A stretch of DNA of 64,000 nucleotides. Origin: the human T2T-CHM13v2.0 reference genome, Homo sapiens. A program made the position numbers and the translations under genes. The notes beneath the pieces are model-generated. The model was not told the origin of the DNA and did no database searches. It worked only from the letters and a program-made list of their open reading frames with translations. Location of the stretch: assembly GCF_009914755.1 (NCBI RefSeq), contig NC_060928.1; one strand, given 5' to 3'. Below are positions 14,778-30,835 of the stretch, one piece after another; the first letter of the stretch is position 1, and each line of letters starts with the position of its first letter.

Positions 14778-15699
14778 CCACATGTTCTCATGTATAAGTA
14801 GGAGTTAAACGATAAGAACTTATGAACACAAAGAGGAAAATAATAGACACTGGGGTCGGCTTGAGGTCGAGGATGGTAGTGAGGGGAAGGAGAAAAAAGA
14901 TAACCATTGGTTACTGAGCCTAATACCTGGGTGATGAAATAATATGTACAACAAACCCCCATGACACGTGTTTATCTACGTAACAAACCTTCACATGTAC
15001 CTCAGAACCTAAAATAAAAGTTGAAAAACTTAAACTTCCATTATTGATTGGAATCATTTTTTGAAATTTTCAACCTTCCCAAGAAAGAAAAGTAAACAAA
15101 TCATTCATGATTCCAGGTAGGAAGAAGAATTATATTTGAAGGTGAAGATGAAAATATATTTTAAAGAAGTTCCCGTTGGAGTTGTCACAGACTTCAGTAG
15201 GCTCATAGGTTTATGATTTCTCTTCAATTCCTAGCGTAGGGTTTTTTTTGGGGGAAGGGGATCATTCTATATTATTGCTTTTGTGTATCCTCTTCCCTGG
15301 TTTAATTTTAGGATTTAAAGAAAAGTCATTTTTGCTATCCTCCTCTGTTTTACACCATAATGAAAAAGAATACAAAAAAGATTTTCAAAATCTTTCAACT
15401 ATTTTCTTTATTGGTTCTGTACATATCTCCATGTAACAACAGAGGTGAAAGAAGCTAAAATATTTATAGAACTGAATATATATAAAATACAATAGTTATC
15501 CGGCATTATTACTAGAAAATGACAACGAAAAGACAGAAACTTGAGGTTATGTGCCCCTTGACACAAGGGGCTACAGTGAGTGAGAGTTACTGTTAATACG
15601 ACTTGTCCTCTATGGGAACTCTACATTCCAAGTTGCTTAGTGCCCATAACTAAAGTAGAAAGCCTCAGACAATGGCTTGAAGTATCAGAAGATGGAGTT

Positions 15700-16870
15700 A
15701 GAAAGTAGCCAGAAAGGCTGGGTTTTGAGATAAGAAATCCCATAGAGAAAGGAGCTCTAGCTGAAGGATCCCCAAAGTATACATGTAAGCTCTGCACAAA
15801 TCCTTAGATTACACCTAAACTGTCCATGCCTATGAAAAATTCTAAGGTTCTCAGTAAAATGCCACAGCAAAAGACTGCAGGAGCTGAACAGCTATAGCTG
15901 TTGCAAAATGCATCTTTTGGTTTCGGAGTTCAAAAATTATTCGGCTACTGGAACAAAGATCAACACAGTTAAGAAGAAGATAAAGGAAGCCAGAAAATCA
16001 ATCATTTTCTTATATACAAAGGAATGGGGAAAAGTTCCTTATTTGAAAGAAATAGCCACTGAGAGAATATAAATCTGAGGTGATCTTCATAAATATTTAG
16101 TGTCCTAATAGGAAATGAGGCCATAATTGTTGACTAAAAGGTAGTTATCTATAAAAATAGGAAGTAAAAAAAAAAGTAAAGTAAAAATGGAAAGTCTAGA
16201 ATGAAAAAATGCAATAAACACAATGAAAAAATAAAGAGATGGGCTTACCACAAATGAGAGAGAGCAGAAAAAGCTTGAAATGAGAGACAGATCTATTGAA
16301 ATGAAACTATGTAAAGAATATGAAAGAAAACAAGTAGTTCACACACACAAATATCTTACTTTTGCATAATATCAAGCAGTCTGACTTACATACCATTGGA
16401 TTCAATATAAAATAAAGAGAAAGGCAATGGTGCAGATAAATAAATAATGTTAATTATTTTTCCAATTTTGGTGGAAAAAAATCAAATTTTACGTTCTGCC
16501 TATATGCCATTACAAGTCCAATAAGCTCAACAAAACTCCAGGTACATTAAAAAATCCTGCTACAACATAATCAAAATATCTACAATCAAAGATAAACAGA
16601 ACTCACTGAAAGAAGAAAGAGAAAAAATGTGCATTGCCCATAGAATCACAGTAATATGAATTGTGACTGACTTTGTATTAGAAACAATGGAGACAGATAA
16701 TGATGCAATGCCAACTTTAAAGGTCCAGAGAATAATGGTAAAACAATAATCAACCTGAAGAAAAATGCTTACAGATATAAGCTTGCATATACAGAAATGA
16801 ACAACAGTAAGAACTGGTAAATGTTTGGGTAAATAAACAAGACTTAAATTTTATTTGATTGAAATAATTA
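15700..16870 (+). mobile_element. Very old L1M 5'/ORF1 remnants
   Basis: A-rich ORF1-like text, e.g. gaaagtctagaatgaaaaaatgcaataa...agacagatctattgaaat. Confidence 0.5.
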
Positions 16871-17619
16871 AAATGTATTTGCCAGATTATCCTGTTATTC
16901 TTTCTCATTCTACTCGTCTTTCTTTTTTTTTTTCTATTTTCCTCCAGTCCTGAAAAATTATATTCAACAACGTTTAGGTAAGTATAACAATAGTGAGCAT
17001 CTGTGCCTAAGTGAGGAAAGAATGGGTGGTAGTTGGGATGGGGCTTCAGCACCTGTGTGGGATGAGGAAGGCCTGTGTCCAGGAGGGCACCCAGATGTGG
17101 ATGTTGCATACTGAAGAGAAGAGGAGGGCATCCCGATAGTGTGGCAGCCTGCCATGTGGTGTTGGAGCATGAGTCACTTAGAGAGGACCTCAATATGAGA
17201 GACTGGGCCAGTGATAGTAATCCAAGTTTTAGCAAAGTGATGAAGGTGTAGATGCAGGAGGGAGTGGCACATGGTATGAGGTCAAAGCATATGAACATTA
17301 TGGAAAGTGCTTGCCTATGAAGGCTGTCCAGTGCTGAGACATTGAAGTCTAAATGAAGTATGATGGGCATCCTCTTACAAAGATGATGCTATATAAGGTA
17401 CTGGAGGCTGTGTTGCAAGAATGTGTTCTCCCTTGGAACAATCTTTCGAGGGGTGTCAGAATCCTACTGTGATAAAGAAACACCTTTCCTCTGTTGAATA
17501 TATTTTTGAAGAATAGTGAGAGACCAAAAATAAATTTTTGTTCTAATCATATTCTGAGTCATGTTCAATGTGCTTGTTATATATATAAATATCTTGTCTA
17601 TCAAGTTCTTGTCTGTTTA

Positions 17620-17745
17620 AAGACATGAGAAAAATGGAGCTCAGACAAGAAAGTAACTTTCCCAAAGTCACGCAGTAAAAGCGCCAACACTAGAACTTAT
17701 TTCTCCTGAATCCATAGTTCAATACCCATTTTATTATTACCACAT
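17620..17745 (-). mobile_element. MIR remnant
   Basis: gagaaaaatggagctcaga...aagtaactttcccaaagtcacgcag. Confidence 0.6.
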
Positions 17746-18711
17746 CATGATGTAAGATCAGTTTCCAAATGCAAATTATAAAATAACTCAATGTGAATAA
17801 ATAGTAAAATGCAGACAGTTTTTAATGTTAATGTTAAATATATTGACTATCTTTTTGGCTCAAAGACTGTGGCAACTTCCCATTAAACATAAAAAACAAA
17901 AACATTTTTATATGATAATTTATAAAATACAAAAAGTTTTTCATATGCATTATCAACTGTAATAAAAATTAGCATAGACTAATTATTATTTTATTTTTAT
18001 TAGAGAGATGCTAAATTTAAGTAGAAAGGGATTAATATAGCCTGTTTTCATGATATTCATACAAGAATATCCAGAGAATTGAGAGAAAACTTTCAGTCAT
18101 CTTCTAAATTAGACTGTCCAAAATACATGAGGGGTGAAGGAGTGAAGAATATGAACAGTGAATTCACAAAGAAATTGTTAGTTGATTTGTAGATCCTGAT
18201 TCACTTCCTGAAATGAGGTTTGGGTTTTAATATAGCCTCTTTTAGTAAGTTTCTCCAAAGAATTAAAAATAGAATTCTAAATATTTTGATGTGTTTTTGA
18301 GAGGTATATTTTAAAGGGGAAATTCTATTACCCAAAAAGTGGCAACAATTCTAAATACCTTGTTTCTAGAGTCTCACATCCTTGCCAATTTTATAATATT
18401 CTTTTATCATCTCATTCATTATACAAATGTCTCAACTTTCCCAAGTCCTGCTGGCTATTGTCTTATCACCCATTTCCCTCAAAATACTTTTTCATTCATT
18501 TTTAAATAGCCTTTTTAACATAGAGTGACCACTTTCTACTCTTTGATTTTTTGCCTTCTCAGTAAATAAATACATTATCAGTAATGCAAACAACAAACTC
18601 TGACTAGTGTTGCCAGACTTTTCTTTAGTTCAGCTAAAGATGGGGTTCTTCGTCCCATGGCCTTGAAAATTCAGGCTCTCAGACAAATTTGAATGGTGAG
18701 TAAGACAAGGA

Positions 18712-18949
18712 TTTTTTGTATTTGTTTTTGTTTTTTTTCCTAAGACAGAGTCTTGCTCTGTCGCCCAGGCTGGAGCACAGTGGCATGTTCTTGGCTTGCT
18801 GTAACCTCCACCTCCTGGGCTCAAGGGATTCTCCTGCCTCAGCCTCCCGAGTAGCTGGAATTACAGGAACCTGCCACCAGGTCTGTCTGATTTTTGCATT
18901 TTTAGTAGAGATGGGGTTTCACCATGCTGGCCAGGCTGGTCTTGAACTC
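18712..18949 (-). mobile_element. 5'-truncated AluS/J inside MER51
   Basis: Reverse Alu ending at cttgaactc, lacking ~75 bp of the 5' end. Confidence 0.88.
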
Positions 18950-19020
18950 TCTCTTATTGAGTACAAAGGGGAAAAATAAGGGGGAAACAGGGACTATCAC
19001 CAGGCCAGAGTCCCTGCTAG

Positions 19021-20669
<1,649 letters not shown>

Positions 20670-22024
20670 CGGAATCCCAGGTTCCACACAGGAAAAGGAG
20701 GGGCCAGGCTCCTCCCTACTACAAACATCCTGAACTTCTTGAGGCTCCACCCAGGTGGGCAGGCTTTTTGGAGTTTCTCCAGGTACCCCCTCCCCACTGG
20801 CTGTGTCACTAGGAGGCAATAGAAGGGGGGAAACCTGTGAATGCTTCTATTCTGACATCAACCCCAACTGGTTTACCATGATTCAGTTTGGGCGTTAGCC
20901 ATCCAGAGTTATTGCAGAGCTCACAAGTGAAGAATCCATTTCACTACAAGATTAACTTCACTTTGAACAACATCTTTAAGTAGGATCCCCATGCCACCTG
21001 CTTTTCTCACTGACTGGCTATCAATTTAGGTTTCCAGACCTCTCTCAGGTTTAATAATTCATTAAATGACTAATAAAACTCAGAAAAACACCATACATAT
21101 GATTACAGTTTTATTATAAAGGATACAACTCAGGAACAGCCAAATGAACAGTCGCATTAGACAAGAACTTTGAGGGTCTCAGATATAGAACTTCTGTGTG
21201 TTCTCTCTCTGGAATCAGAATGTATCACCCTCTTGGTACATCACTGTGCTCACCAATGCAGAAGAATGAGGAAGCCTCATTGAGAATCAGTGTCCAAAGT
21301 TGTCACTGAGGTCTTATTACCTAGGCATGGTTGACTGAATCATTAGTCACATGATTGAACTCAATCTCCAGCCCTTTCCTTCCACAGAGCCTGAGCTGGC
21401 TAAAAGTCCCAGCCCTCCAATCATTGTTTATCTGTTGATAAAACCACATTCTATAGCTATCTAGGGACTCAGCATAAGTCACTTCATTAGTGTATACTGA
21501 GTCATGATCCAATTTGTTCATGAATAACGAAGACACTTTTTTCACCTGGGTAATTCCCTATCCAACACTGGAGACAAATGCCAGTAAAAAACTTTGTTAT
21601 ATGACAACGTCCTTTTAATATTACAATTAATGGATTATATTTAAAGAAAGTCTTGTGGTATAATGCCTGCGAGAAGACATTATTGAAATGACTGAAAAAG
21701 AAAAGTGGTTATTTTTGGTGTTGATTCCAACAAAAAGAAACAAATGGAAATGCTAGAGTTTGGAGATACAGTAGATAAAATAAAAAAAAAATTATGGTGA
21801 GTCAACAGTAGATTTGAACTGGCAAAAGAAACAGAAAACTTTAAGAAAAAATCAATTGAAATTTTGCACTCCGAATAACAGAAAAAAATAATAAAAAGTG
21901 ACTCAAAGAAATGTGGGATATTACTAAATGTGCAATGTACTTGTAATGCAAATAGTCATAAAGAGGAGAAAAGGAGAAAAAATATTTAAAGAAATAATGG
22001 TTTTACAGATTACAAATCGGTGAA

Positions 22025-22291
22025 AAAGTGTGTGTATGTGCATATGAATATATATGAATATGCGTGTGTATATTTATGACTATATGTGTGTGCATATGTG
22101 CATATGTTTACACACATATATTCATATATATATTCATATATATGCATACACATTATACAGTATATGCATATATTTATATATAGTAGGTTGGTGCAAAAGT
22201 AATTGCAGTTTTTATCATTAAAAGTAATAATATATTGATATATACACACATACATATATACACATATATTCATACACACACACACATATAT
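22025..22291. repeat. Degenerate (TA)/(TG)/(CA) microsatellite
   Basis: Alternating purine-pyrimidine low-complexity tract. Confidence 0.85.
22184..22228. mobile_element. Half MADE1 (Hsmar1-derived MITE)
   Basis: taggttggtgcaaaagtaattgcagttttt matches the Hsmar1/MADE1 terminal inverted repeat. The second arm is absent. Confidence 0.85.
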
Positions 22292-25200
22292 GAAAAACCA
22301 AATGAACTCTAAATAGAATAAATAAAATGAGGTCCACAACCACATAGCATAGTAAAAATGTTGAAAGAGAAAGAGAAAATTTTGTAAGCAAAAAGAGAAA
22401 AAAATAACTTATCAAACAAAGTGAACCTCAATAAGATTAACAGTTTACTGAAGTTAATAGAGCCCAGAAAGCAATGACGTGACATATCCAAAGTGCTGAA
22501 GGAAAATAAAGAACCACCACCAAAAATGTTACATAAACAAACTTATATTTACAATTGAAAGAGGAAAAAAGTTAATTCCAAATAAAAACTGAGAGAATTC
22601 ACTGCTAGCTGCAGAGCCTTATAAGAATTAATAAAAGAAGTTCTAAAGGTATAAAGCAAATGACCCAAGATGACAATTTAAATCGACACACAAAGAAACA
22701 GAGTAACGGTAAATGTAATTTAACGATATGACATAGCATAAATGCAAATTTTTTTTCTTCTATTAACTAATTTAAAAAGAATTAAAGCCAGTATTCTTAC
22801 TATTAGGTCTCTATCAATAAAAATGTAATATTTGACAATTACAACACAAAGGAGGTAGGTGGAAATTAAGTTGTAGTTCCATAGGGAAATAACATCAGAT
22901 GGTTACTCAAATTCATAAGAACAAGTGAAGAGAAGTAGAAATGGTAAATAAGAAAATTAATATAAAAACTCTATAAATATATACTTGCTTTCATTTTTTT
23001 CCCTCAGCTTCTTTAACAGGCCTGAAATTAAATGAAGTAACAATTATAACAAAGTATCGTTGGAGTTGTAAGACATTTACATGTAACGTGTATAACAGCA
23101 ATGGTACAAAAGTGGGAAGAGAGAATAAATCTATATAAAAGTAACATTATGCTCAATTAACATATTCAACTATAAAAAACACATTTTTAATGAACTCACT
23201 TACATGAAGTATCTAAAATAGTCAATAGAGGATTAGTGATTACTTAAAGCAGGAGATAGGGAAGAGGGTATGATGCTTAAGGGGTAGAAGGTTATGTTTC
23301 GGTGTGGTGAAACATTCTAAAATTGAATATGATTATTGATTAACTCTGTGAAATACTAAGAATCATTACACCCTGAGTGAATTTTATTATATGTAAATTA
23401 AATCCAAATAAAGCGTATTTATATATATTTACAATGCATAAAGCATATATATGTGTGTACATCTGTCAAATTAAAATAGAAAAATTTCAGTACCCTTGAC
23501 ACACATTTGTAAGCATGATATCATTTTAATAAAATTTTGACGTCTAGCCTATAAGGTAGGCTTTTATTCATTTAGACTTGACCAAGATAAAGAAAAAGAT
23601 ATGTAAAATTTTTATGGTTTTAAATCATCATTGGTATGAGTAAAAACTGAAGTAAAATGCATTAAAATAGGTTCATATTGTTAAGAAAAAAACAAGAATA
23701 TTTTAGAATATGCAGAGATTAAAAGTATAAAAGTAACGACGTAAACACCCTTAAAACAAAAAATGATTAGTGTTCCAGTAGGAAAAAAAAAATCAAAGAC
23801 ACAATGGAATAAAACCTTTCAGACTAAAAGAAATAGAAAATTCTCAAAACTGAAACCTCACAAAAATTGAACAATTTATGTATTAAATATAAATGAATCA
23901 AACTTGGAAATTAACTGTAATTCTATGAAATTAATGTTTTGTTTTGTTTAAATCCTGGGTTTGAGTATAGCAAGGAGAGTGAACCAACATATAAGTATGC
24001 ACATATATACATTTCCAGCCTTGTTCACTATTCTAGATTTGTACTTTTGGATTTCTTATTTATATGATACCATGTTGCAGACTTTAATATTTTTCTGCTT
24101 CCTCTGACCTAAGTTTCCTAAAATTTCTTTCTAATCTTAATACTAGATATTCAATATTTTAGTTTTGATTAATTGGATTTACTCACAGATTTATGTCACC
24201 AAGGAAAGAGTAAATAATAACCTCCATATTATTTTATGACACTGTGATACATTTCAAAATATATTTATAAGCTGTGTAACAAAGTGTCTGAGACAGATCA
24301 ATAAGTTTGGAGAATTTTGCTGCTTTTACTTTAATACGTGTCCTGCCATATATCCAGGATCTCATACTGCTTTTGAGCTGTCCAAAGGTTTCCAAGATAG
24401 ATTATTTCAGTCTATGTACATCATGTTCATATAAAATATTTTAAATATTTCACTATAACACATTTCCCTCAATTGAATTTGTCTACCACTTAAAAAAAGT
24501 AGCAATCTGTTGATCAGCATTAAGGTGTGAGAAACTGGCATGTAGCCTTCTTCCAAGATATCAATATTATAAATGGTCAGTTTATTTGCTCATTAAAATC
24601 AGTTTGAAATGGCAACCTTTTAGGTAAGATATTTGAAAATAAACAATTCTTCCTGATAAATTTATCAGTTAACAGCCACAGACTTCTAGAATTGGTTCTG
24701 GATATGTAGTTGTGAGCACACAAACATTATATTTAGTAATAGATTCTAGTAAAGTAGACTGGATTCTCTTTCCAATGTAACTTGACACTTATCTCCCTTA
24801 ACTTTTTTATCCTAATTCAATAAAGCAGAGCAAGCAAATTCATTTATCCATGGAAATAGGAACAGAAGAAGGAGCAAATTAAGAAAGAATGGATGGGAGA
24901 TACATTTAAAATTTTATGTGAACTAATGCTTCTTAATCTTTAAATTAATGTACCTAGTGCTGACTTATCTGCATATCTTTATCTAGAGTCATGGTGCTTC
25001 AGGTCTAGAATAGCTTCCCCCTTGAGCTAACATATCTGAATATTATAAGATCTCCACATCTTTTCTAACTACACATCTTCATTCAGGCAACTTATATTGT
25101 TCGACTGAATAAACCCCATTTTTTTTTACAACAGTTTTCTTGTCTATGACTTACATAAACCAAATTGTATAAGAATTTCAATAGACACTTAACTACTCAT

Positions 25201-26049
25201 CACAAACCCACAACAGTAAACATGCTAAGTTGCTATTTGAAATAAATATTTTCTTAGAAGATATCAGTTAAACCAATGCAACTTCATATGCTTAAAAATA
25301 CTCAAGACAATATATTTAGATTGTAAGGCATGTGCAATTGTGAACATTTTCAGAAATATATTTTATTTTTTGCTTTTTTATTAATGAGTTTATCAATATT
25401 TTTTAGCCATCAATAGAAGGCAAAAGGCTTGAATGACAAAACATGCCAGTTGAGCATTTTTTTTCCTTTGGCAATGTTAGAGTTGAATCTATGGAAAATA
25501 AAAAAAGCTTGTAATGAAACATAAGTACTTGTGACAAAAGACATCATGGGCAGTTTTATGACAAAAAGACTGATACTTAATCACCTGAAGCTGCTTTTGT
25601 AGCCACTGCTGAGGCATGGTAGCATCACAGTCAGGGAGCAGGATGCCTGTCAAGATTGCAGTAAAGCAAACGGAATCACTGCCAATGCACTGCCTGTGGA
25701 CAGCAGGTGAGCCTCATACCTTATTTATTTTATTTCTGTACCTTTTGATCTTGTGTTATGTGTAGAAAACACCAAAATTAAATCAATAAAAAAGAATATC
25801 TAGTGAAAAAATAATGCTATTAAAGAGATGAAAAAGAGGAAAATGCTTCTTGGAGTTTAAGCTACTAGTGAGAATCTTGCTGCAGAGGAAAGCAATGATT
25901 TATATTGACTATACATGAAAAGACTTTAAGCTTCAGAGAAACACAATTAAAACATTTTCATTTGAAAATGGTGAGGCAGTAGTAATAATTTTATAGTCTA
26001 TATGACATTATATGTCCATATATTATACTAGAAAGCACCTTAAGCCAGT

Positions 26050-26200
26050 TAAGTCTCACTGCTTGTGTAACCTTGAATGAGTGACTTAACTTTAGCTGGT
26101 TTCCTTGTCTACAAAGCGAGAAAAGGACGTTGCTCCATTGTTTAATAAAGATGTAAGTTCGATAATCTATGTATAGGTCTTATCATATGCTAGATACTTG
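26050..26200 (+). mobile_element. MIR remnant
   Basis: tgtgtaaccttgaatgagtgacttaac...tttccttgtctacaaa. Confidence 0.55.
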
Positions 26201-26728
26201 GGAGAGATGAGTTCCCCTCACATTTCTATGTATTACAGAAAAATCCAAGCATCCATTTCTGCACAGGGTCTCAACATCTATTCCTAATCCTCTTCAGAGT
26301 TGTTCAGTAAATATTTGTAGGATTAAGTTAATATATGAACAATTGTGTGTTCTAATTCTCACCCCTGCTGGAAAAATACAACCCTAGTGACAGATGACAA
26401 AGGAAGGCAGAAGCAGGAAGCTGTTCACAATATTGGAAGGAAGGTAATTAAATTTAAGATTTTCATTAATTTCTCAATTTATGATAATAAATATATTTGA
26501 GTGCTAATAGAAGTGAAGTGAAATTGTGTGGAGTTTTGAGTATCTTGCATTGCTGAAAAGCTTATATTTAGCCTCTATACATTTATAAAATAATATTCAT
26601 ATTAATAGGTACCATATATGAGCATTTACAATATACTCACTATAATAGGCACTTTAATACACTCCCTTTAATATACTATAGCTTATTGTCAACATTTAAG
26701 TTTAATATACTATATTGTCAACACTATC

Positions 26729-27119
26729 TGATATGGTTTGGCTGTGTCCCCATCCAAATCTCATCTCAAATTGTAATCCAAACTGTAATCTGAATTGTAA
26801 TCCTCACATGTTGAGTGAGAGACCTGGTGGGAGGTAATTGGATCATGGGGACAGTTTCCCTCATGCTGCTGTAGTGATAGTGAGTGAGTTCTCGTGAAAT
26901 CTGGTTGCTTGATAAGTGTTTGGCATTTTCTGCTTTGCGTTCTTGCTCTCTTGCCACCATGTAAGACATGCCTGCTTCCCCTTCGCCTTTCAACATGATT
27001 GTATGTTCCCTGAGGCCCCCCCAGCCATGCGGAACTGTGAGTCAATTAAAACTCTTTTCTTTATAAATTACCAAGTCTCAGAGAGTATCTTTATTGCAGT
27101 GTGAAAATGGACTAATTAA
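26729..27119 (+). mobile_element. THE1D/MST-type MaLR solo LTR
   Basis: Starts tgatatggtttggctgtgtcccc and ends gtgtgaaaatggactaat. 5-bp TSD ctatc (26724, 27120). Confidence 0.9.
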
Positions 27120-27147
27120 CTATCTCACTTCATTTTTATGATAAATG

Positions 27148-27443
27148 AGATAAATTCTGAGAAATGTGTCATTAGGTGACTTTATTGTTGTGTGAATATC
27201 ATAAAGTGTATTTACACAAACCTAAATGGCATAGCTTACTATACACCAAGGCTATATAGTACAGTCTATTGCTCCTAGACTATAAACCTGTGTGGCTTAT
27301 TACTGTACTGAATACTGTATGCAATTATAATACAATAATAAGTATTTGTGTATCTAAACATAGAAAAGGTACAGTAAAAATATGGTATTATAATTTTATG
27401 GGACCACCATGTTGTATATGTGGTCCATCATTGATTGAAATGT
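27148..27443 (-). mobile_element. Tigger3a-like DNA transposon
   Basis: ttctgagaaatgtgtcattagg...aaacatagaaaaggtacagtaaaaatatggtattataattttatgggaccacc matches reverse Tigger3a. Confidence 0.85.
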
Positions 27444-28278
27444 TCTGTTCTTACTCAGTGCAATATCATATATATACTACAGACATATACACACTTGATA
27501 TCTATCTATATCTGTATATGTCAATGTCTATCTCTATATATATCTTTATATACCATTTATTTTCCATCTGCACATTTTGATTTTCTATTGTGTTATCTAC
27601 AGAAAATACCAGGCCTTTATATCACCAGAAAAGGACCTCCAGGGAGAAAATATTGCCATTAAAGCTATGAAAAAGGGAAAAACGTCTGTATATATATGTA
27701 TATATTTTGATATTCTGGCTTACTTATAAGCTGTGTTACTGAGCCAGGTATTAAACTTACATCTGTTTAGCCTAAAAACACGTACTTTTCTTTTAGACTG
27801 TACTGTGAGCATTATAAATTTAAATCGAGGTGATAATTGAAGACAACATAAGTCCATTAAGGCTGTCTGTATAGAATTTGATACAATTTTAAAAACTAAT
27901 GGAGCCCCTCTGCTAGTGCAAAGCTATCACTATACTATGTAGTGTAAAAAGTTGTCACTATATATTCATCTATCCTATTATATTAATAAAGAGAAGACAA
28001 AATTTACTTATGTGTTTATATTCACTTATTGCCTTAAAAATAACTCTTTTTATTTAAATGCTCCAATAAGTTATGAAAATCACCAGATCAAGTTAGGTAA
28101 TTGTGTGGCCTATATAAATATTCTGTAATTTTCCCAAGAAAGTGAAAGAACAATTATACTGGGGGGAGAAAATTTTTGCATTCAGAGCTAACTGATTTGG
28201 TTAGATTTTACGTGGGCTAGGATAAATGAAAATAGAGTGAAAAAAGGAATTTTCTCTATAGATGTAATATAGATGTAA

Positions 28279-28568
<290 letters not shown>

Positions 28569-30097
28569 ACAAATTGTTTTTCTACCAAACACACCATAAA
28601 CATGAACTATAAAAGTTTTATCTGTGAAATATTTTCCTTTCACTGAAGTATGCTCTCAGACTTACAAGTCACTATGTTCGAATCTACTTGTTCAAAAACT
28701 ATATAAAGTTAAGAAAGTACATTCAGAGGCATACCACTTTGCCTGTGGTGAAACTCATGTGTTACAGTAACTTTGTCTTTGCTAAAAGCTACCTCAAGTG
28801 ACTGGAAAGGCTTAATTATGTACAGCTATACCTTCCTTCTGGCTCCCTTCTTAATTTTTTCTATAATAAAATCAAAGAAATCCCCATCCTCAAGTAGTTC
28901 TATGAAAATGAAAGTTCACATTTATAAGTCAGTGCTTGGGCAAATAATGTTTAATTAAAATGACACCAGTTAGGCGTGCTCCTGCTTCTATCTATGAAAA
29001 ATTAACTGTAGAGAATTACCTTCCCACTGTAAAAAGCAAACTAAAAAAACCTGGAAATCCATTAAAAAGGGGTTTTACGTGTTTCCAACAGGTAAGAGAG
29101 GACTGTGATAGCTAACAGGAAAAAAGCAAAGAACTGAGGGCCTGGTGGCATCACTGAGCCATACAAATACAAAAGGGAACCCAAACAGAGGATAGAGGTT
29201 TCACTCAACGGAGGAGTCACTGATTGGAGTTTCAGGAAGCGTTTTGCCATTATGTTTAGACATCTATAAAACATAATTGCTCTCTTCGTTCTGAACAAGA
29301 TGGAATATACACATTCCACCTACTCCTCACAGTACTTACAATAAATACCCTGGACAAAATTTATAAATCAAATGACAGGAGACTGAAAAGTGAAAAAGAA
29401 AAGGCAACTGGTGAGGAACTTGCGATATGAGGTGCAACATAGCAGTTAGTTCCCTATTTTGTTTTGTTTCTTTTTGCTTCCAATAAACCTAGAATATCAA
29501 TATTCCATAACTTCAGCAACTGACTTCATGAATAAGTTCATATTATTTTTCTAAGATTTTTACACAAGAAATAACTTCTCATTAAACAAATGGGAGTAAA
29601 GAGAGCCTGGGTACAGGCTATCCTATCATAGAATATTATTAATGAAGACTCAAGGCACTGAGCATAAGAAAGCTTCCTCAGTTCTCTAAAGCTAATAATT
29701 TCCATTTCTACCAAACACTTGAACTCAACACAAAGAAGCCATTTTTTTTCCTACACTTCCAGACTTTCATAGTAACACTATTCAACCTTCAAATAAAGCC
29801 ATTTGCTATAGTCAATTCTGTAGTAACTTGTGCTTCATTTTTATTTAACTGAAAACCAGGATGCATGACCAAGGGACATGTAAAGCTTTAAAACCTCACT
29901 ACCCAGCTGGGTGGGTAACATAGCAGTTCACCTGCATGGTAGAAGCTCAGTTCTGAGGACAAAACTTCTCCACTGAGGAAGTAGCAATGTTCAGGCTGCT
30001 GATTCAGCTTCAGCTAATAATATTCAATCTTGGTGGAAGAACACTATTCAAGGAAGATAACAGACTTTGGTAGAGTCCTAAGTAAATTATGAAGACA

Positions 30098-30835
30098 TTT
30101 TTCAGATGATACCTCCTGGAGCTATTGTTTAGGTTTCTGAACAGATTCCAGCTATGGCCAGCTCTCTGTTGTGTATTTCAACTTTACAGTTTCCTTTGAA
30201 ATATTTTCTGATAAAGTTCCAAAAACAACCAAAATGCTGGAGCTCTAAACCCTAGAGAGAAAGTACTGTAATACAGCGATTCTCCGATTTACAGAAGGAT
30301 TCCTGGGTTTTCATGCCAGGGTGGTGATTTCACATTTCATAATGACACTGTTGGAAAAGATCTCTACCAGGAAAGGAAAAAAAAAAAAACTGATGGGAAA
30401 TTTTATTTATTCTTGCACCTTGTTTCTGGCAAATATTAGACCCACACATAGAGTTAGTGCTTTTTTTTTCTTTTAATCTGTCATGCTAAAGAGGATGGCT
30501 CTATGGTTGTCAAGCCTTATGCAATTTCTGGCCATGTGAAAGAAAAGATGAACATTGTGGAAGTCATAGAGAGTGTTGATGAGAAGAATGCCGACACCCA
30601 CAGAAGGTTGGCATTGCTTCAAAGTGGGAATCTGCCACACTCACTCATGACTTCTGTATCTGGAAATAGTATCTACTAACCCTGGTCAGCTCTCATGCCC
30701 TGTCACTTTGTGCTTTTACTTTTTGTCTTTCTTTAGCTTTCATTTCCCACATCTCCTCCCTAAGTCTAACTGGAATACAGGGTAAAGTGCATGACTGAAA
30801 ATAGAAGATGTGCTTAAAAAAATCATTATAAAAAA
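30098..30835 (+). pseudogene. PPIA: Processed pseudogene of cyclophilin A (PPIA), highly degenerate
   Basis: ATG at 30154. Translated remnants [29 protein letters not shown] (PPIA: [23 protein letters not shown]) and GHVKEKMNIVEVIE (PPIA: GKVKEGMNIVEAME). No introns. PPIA-like 3' UTR (cctccctaagtctaactggaatacagggtaaagt) and A-rich end. Stops and frameshifts present. Confidence 0.88.

Larger units (their letters stand above)
21680..23420 (+). mobile_element. Old L1M ORF1/inter-ORF remnants and an L1MB/ME-type 3' end
   Basis: ORF1-like A-rich text at 21700-22700. The 3' end motif gtgaattttattatatgtaaattaaatccaaataaagc lies near 23400. Confidence 0.6.

Noticed and set aside
16750-17370. 206-aa minus-strand ORF
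   Set aside because: No recognisable domain. It runs through low-complexity and probable old repeat sequence.
26768-26803. Triplicated 12-mer aattgtaatc
   Set aside because: Minor slippage inside the THE1 LTR, of no independent significance.
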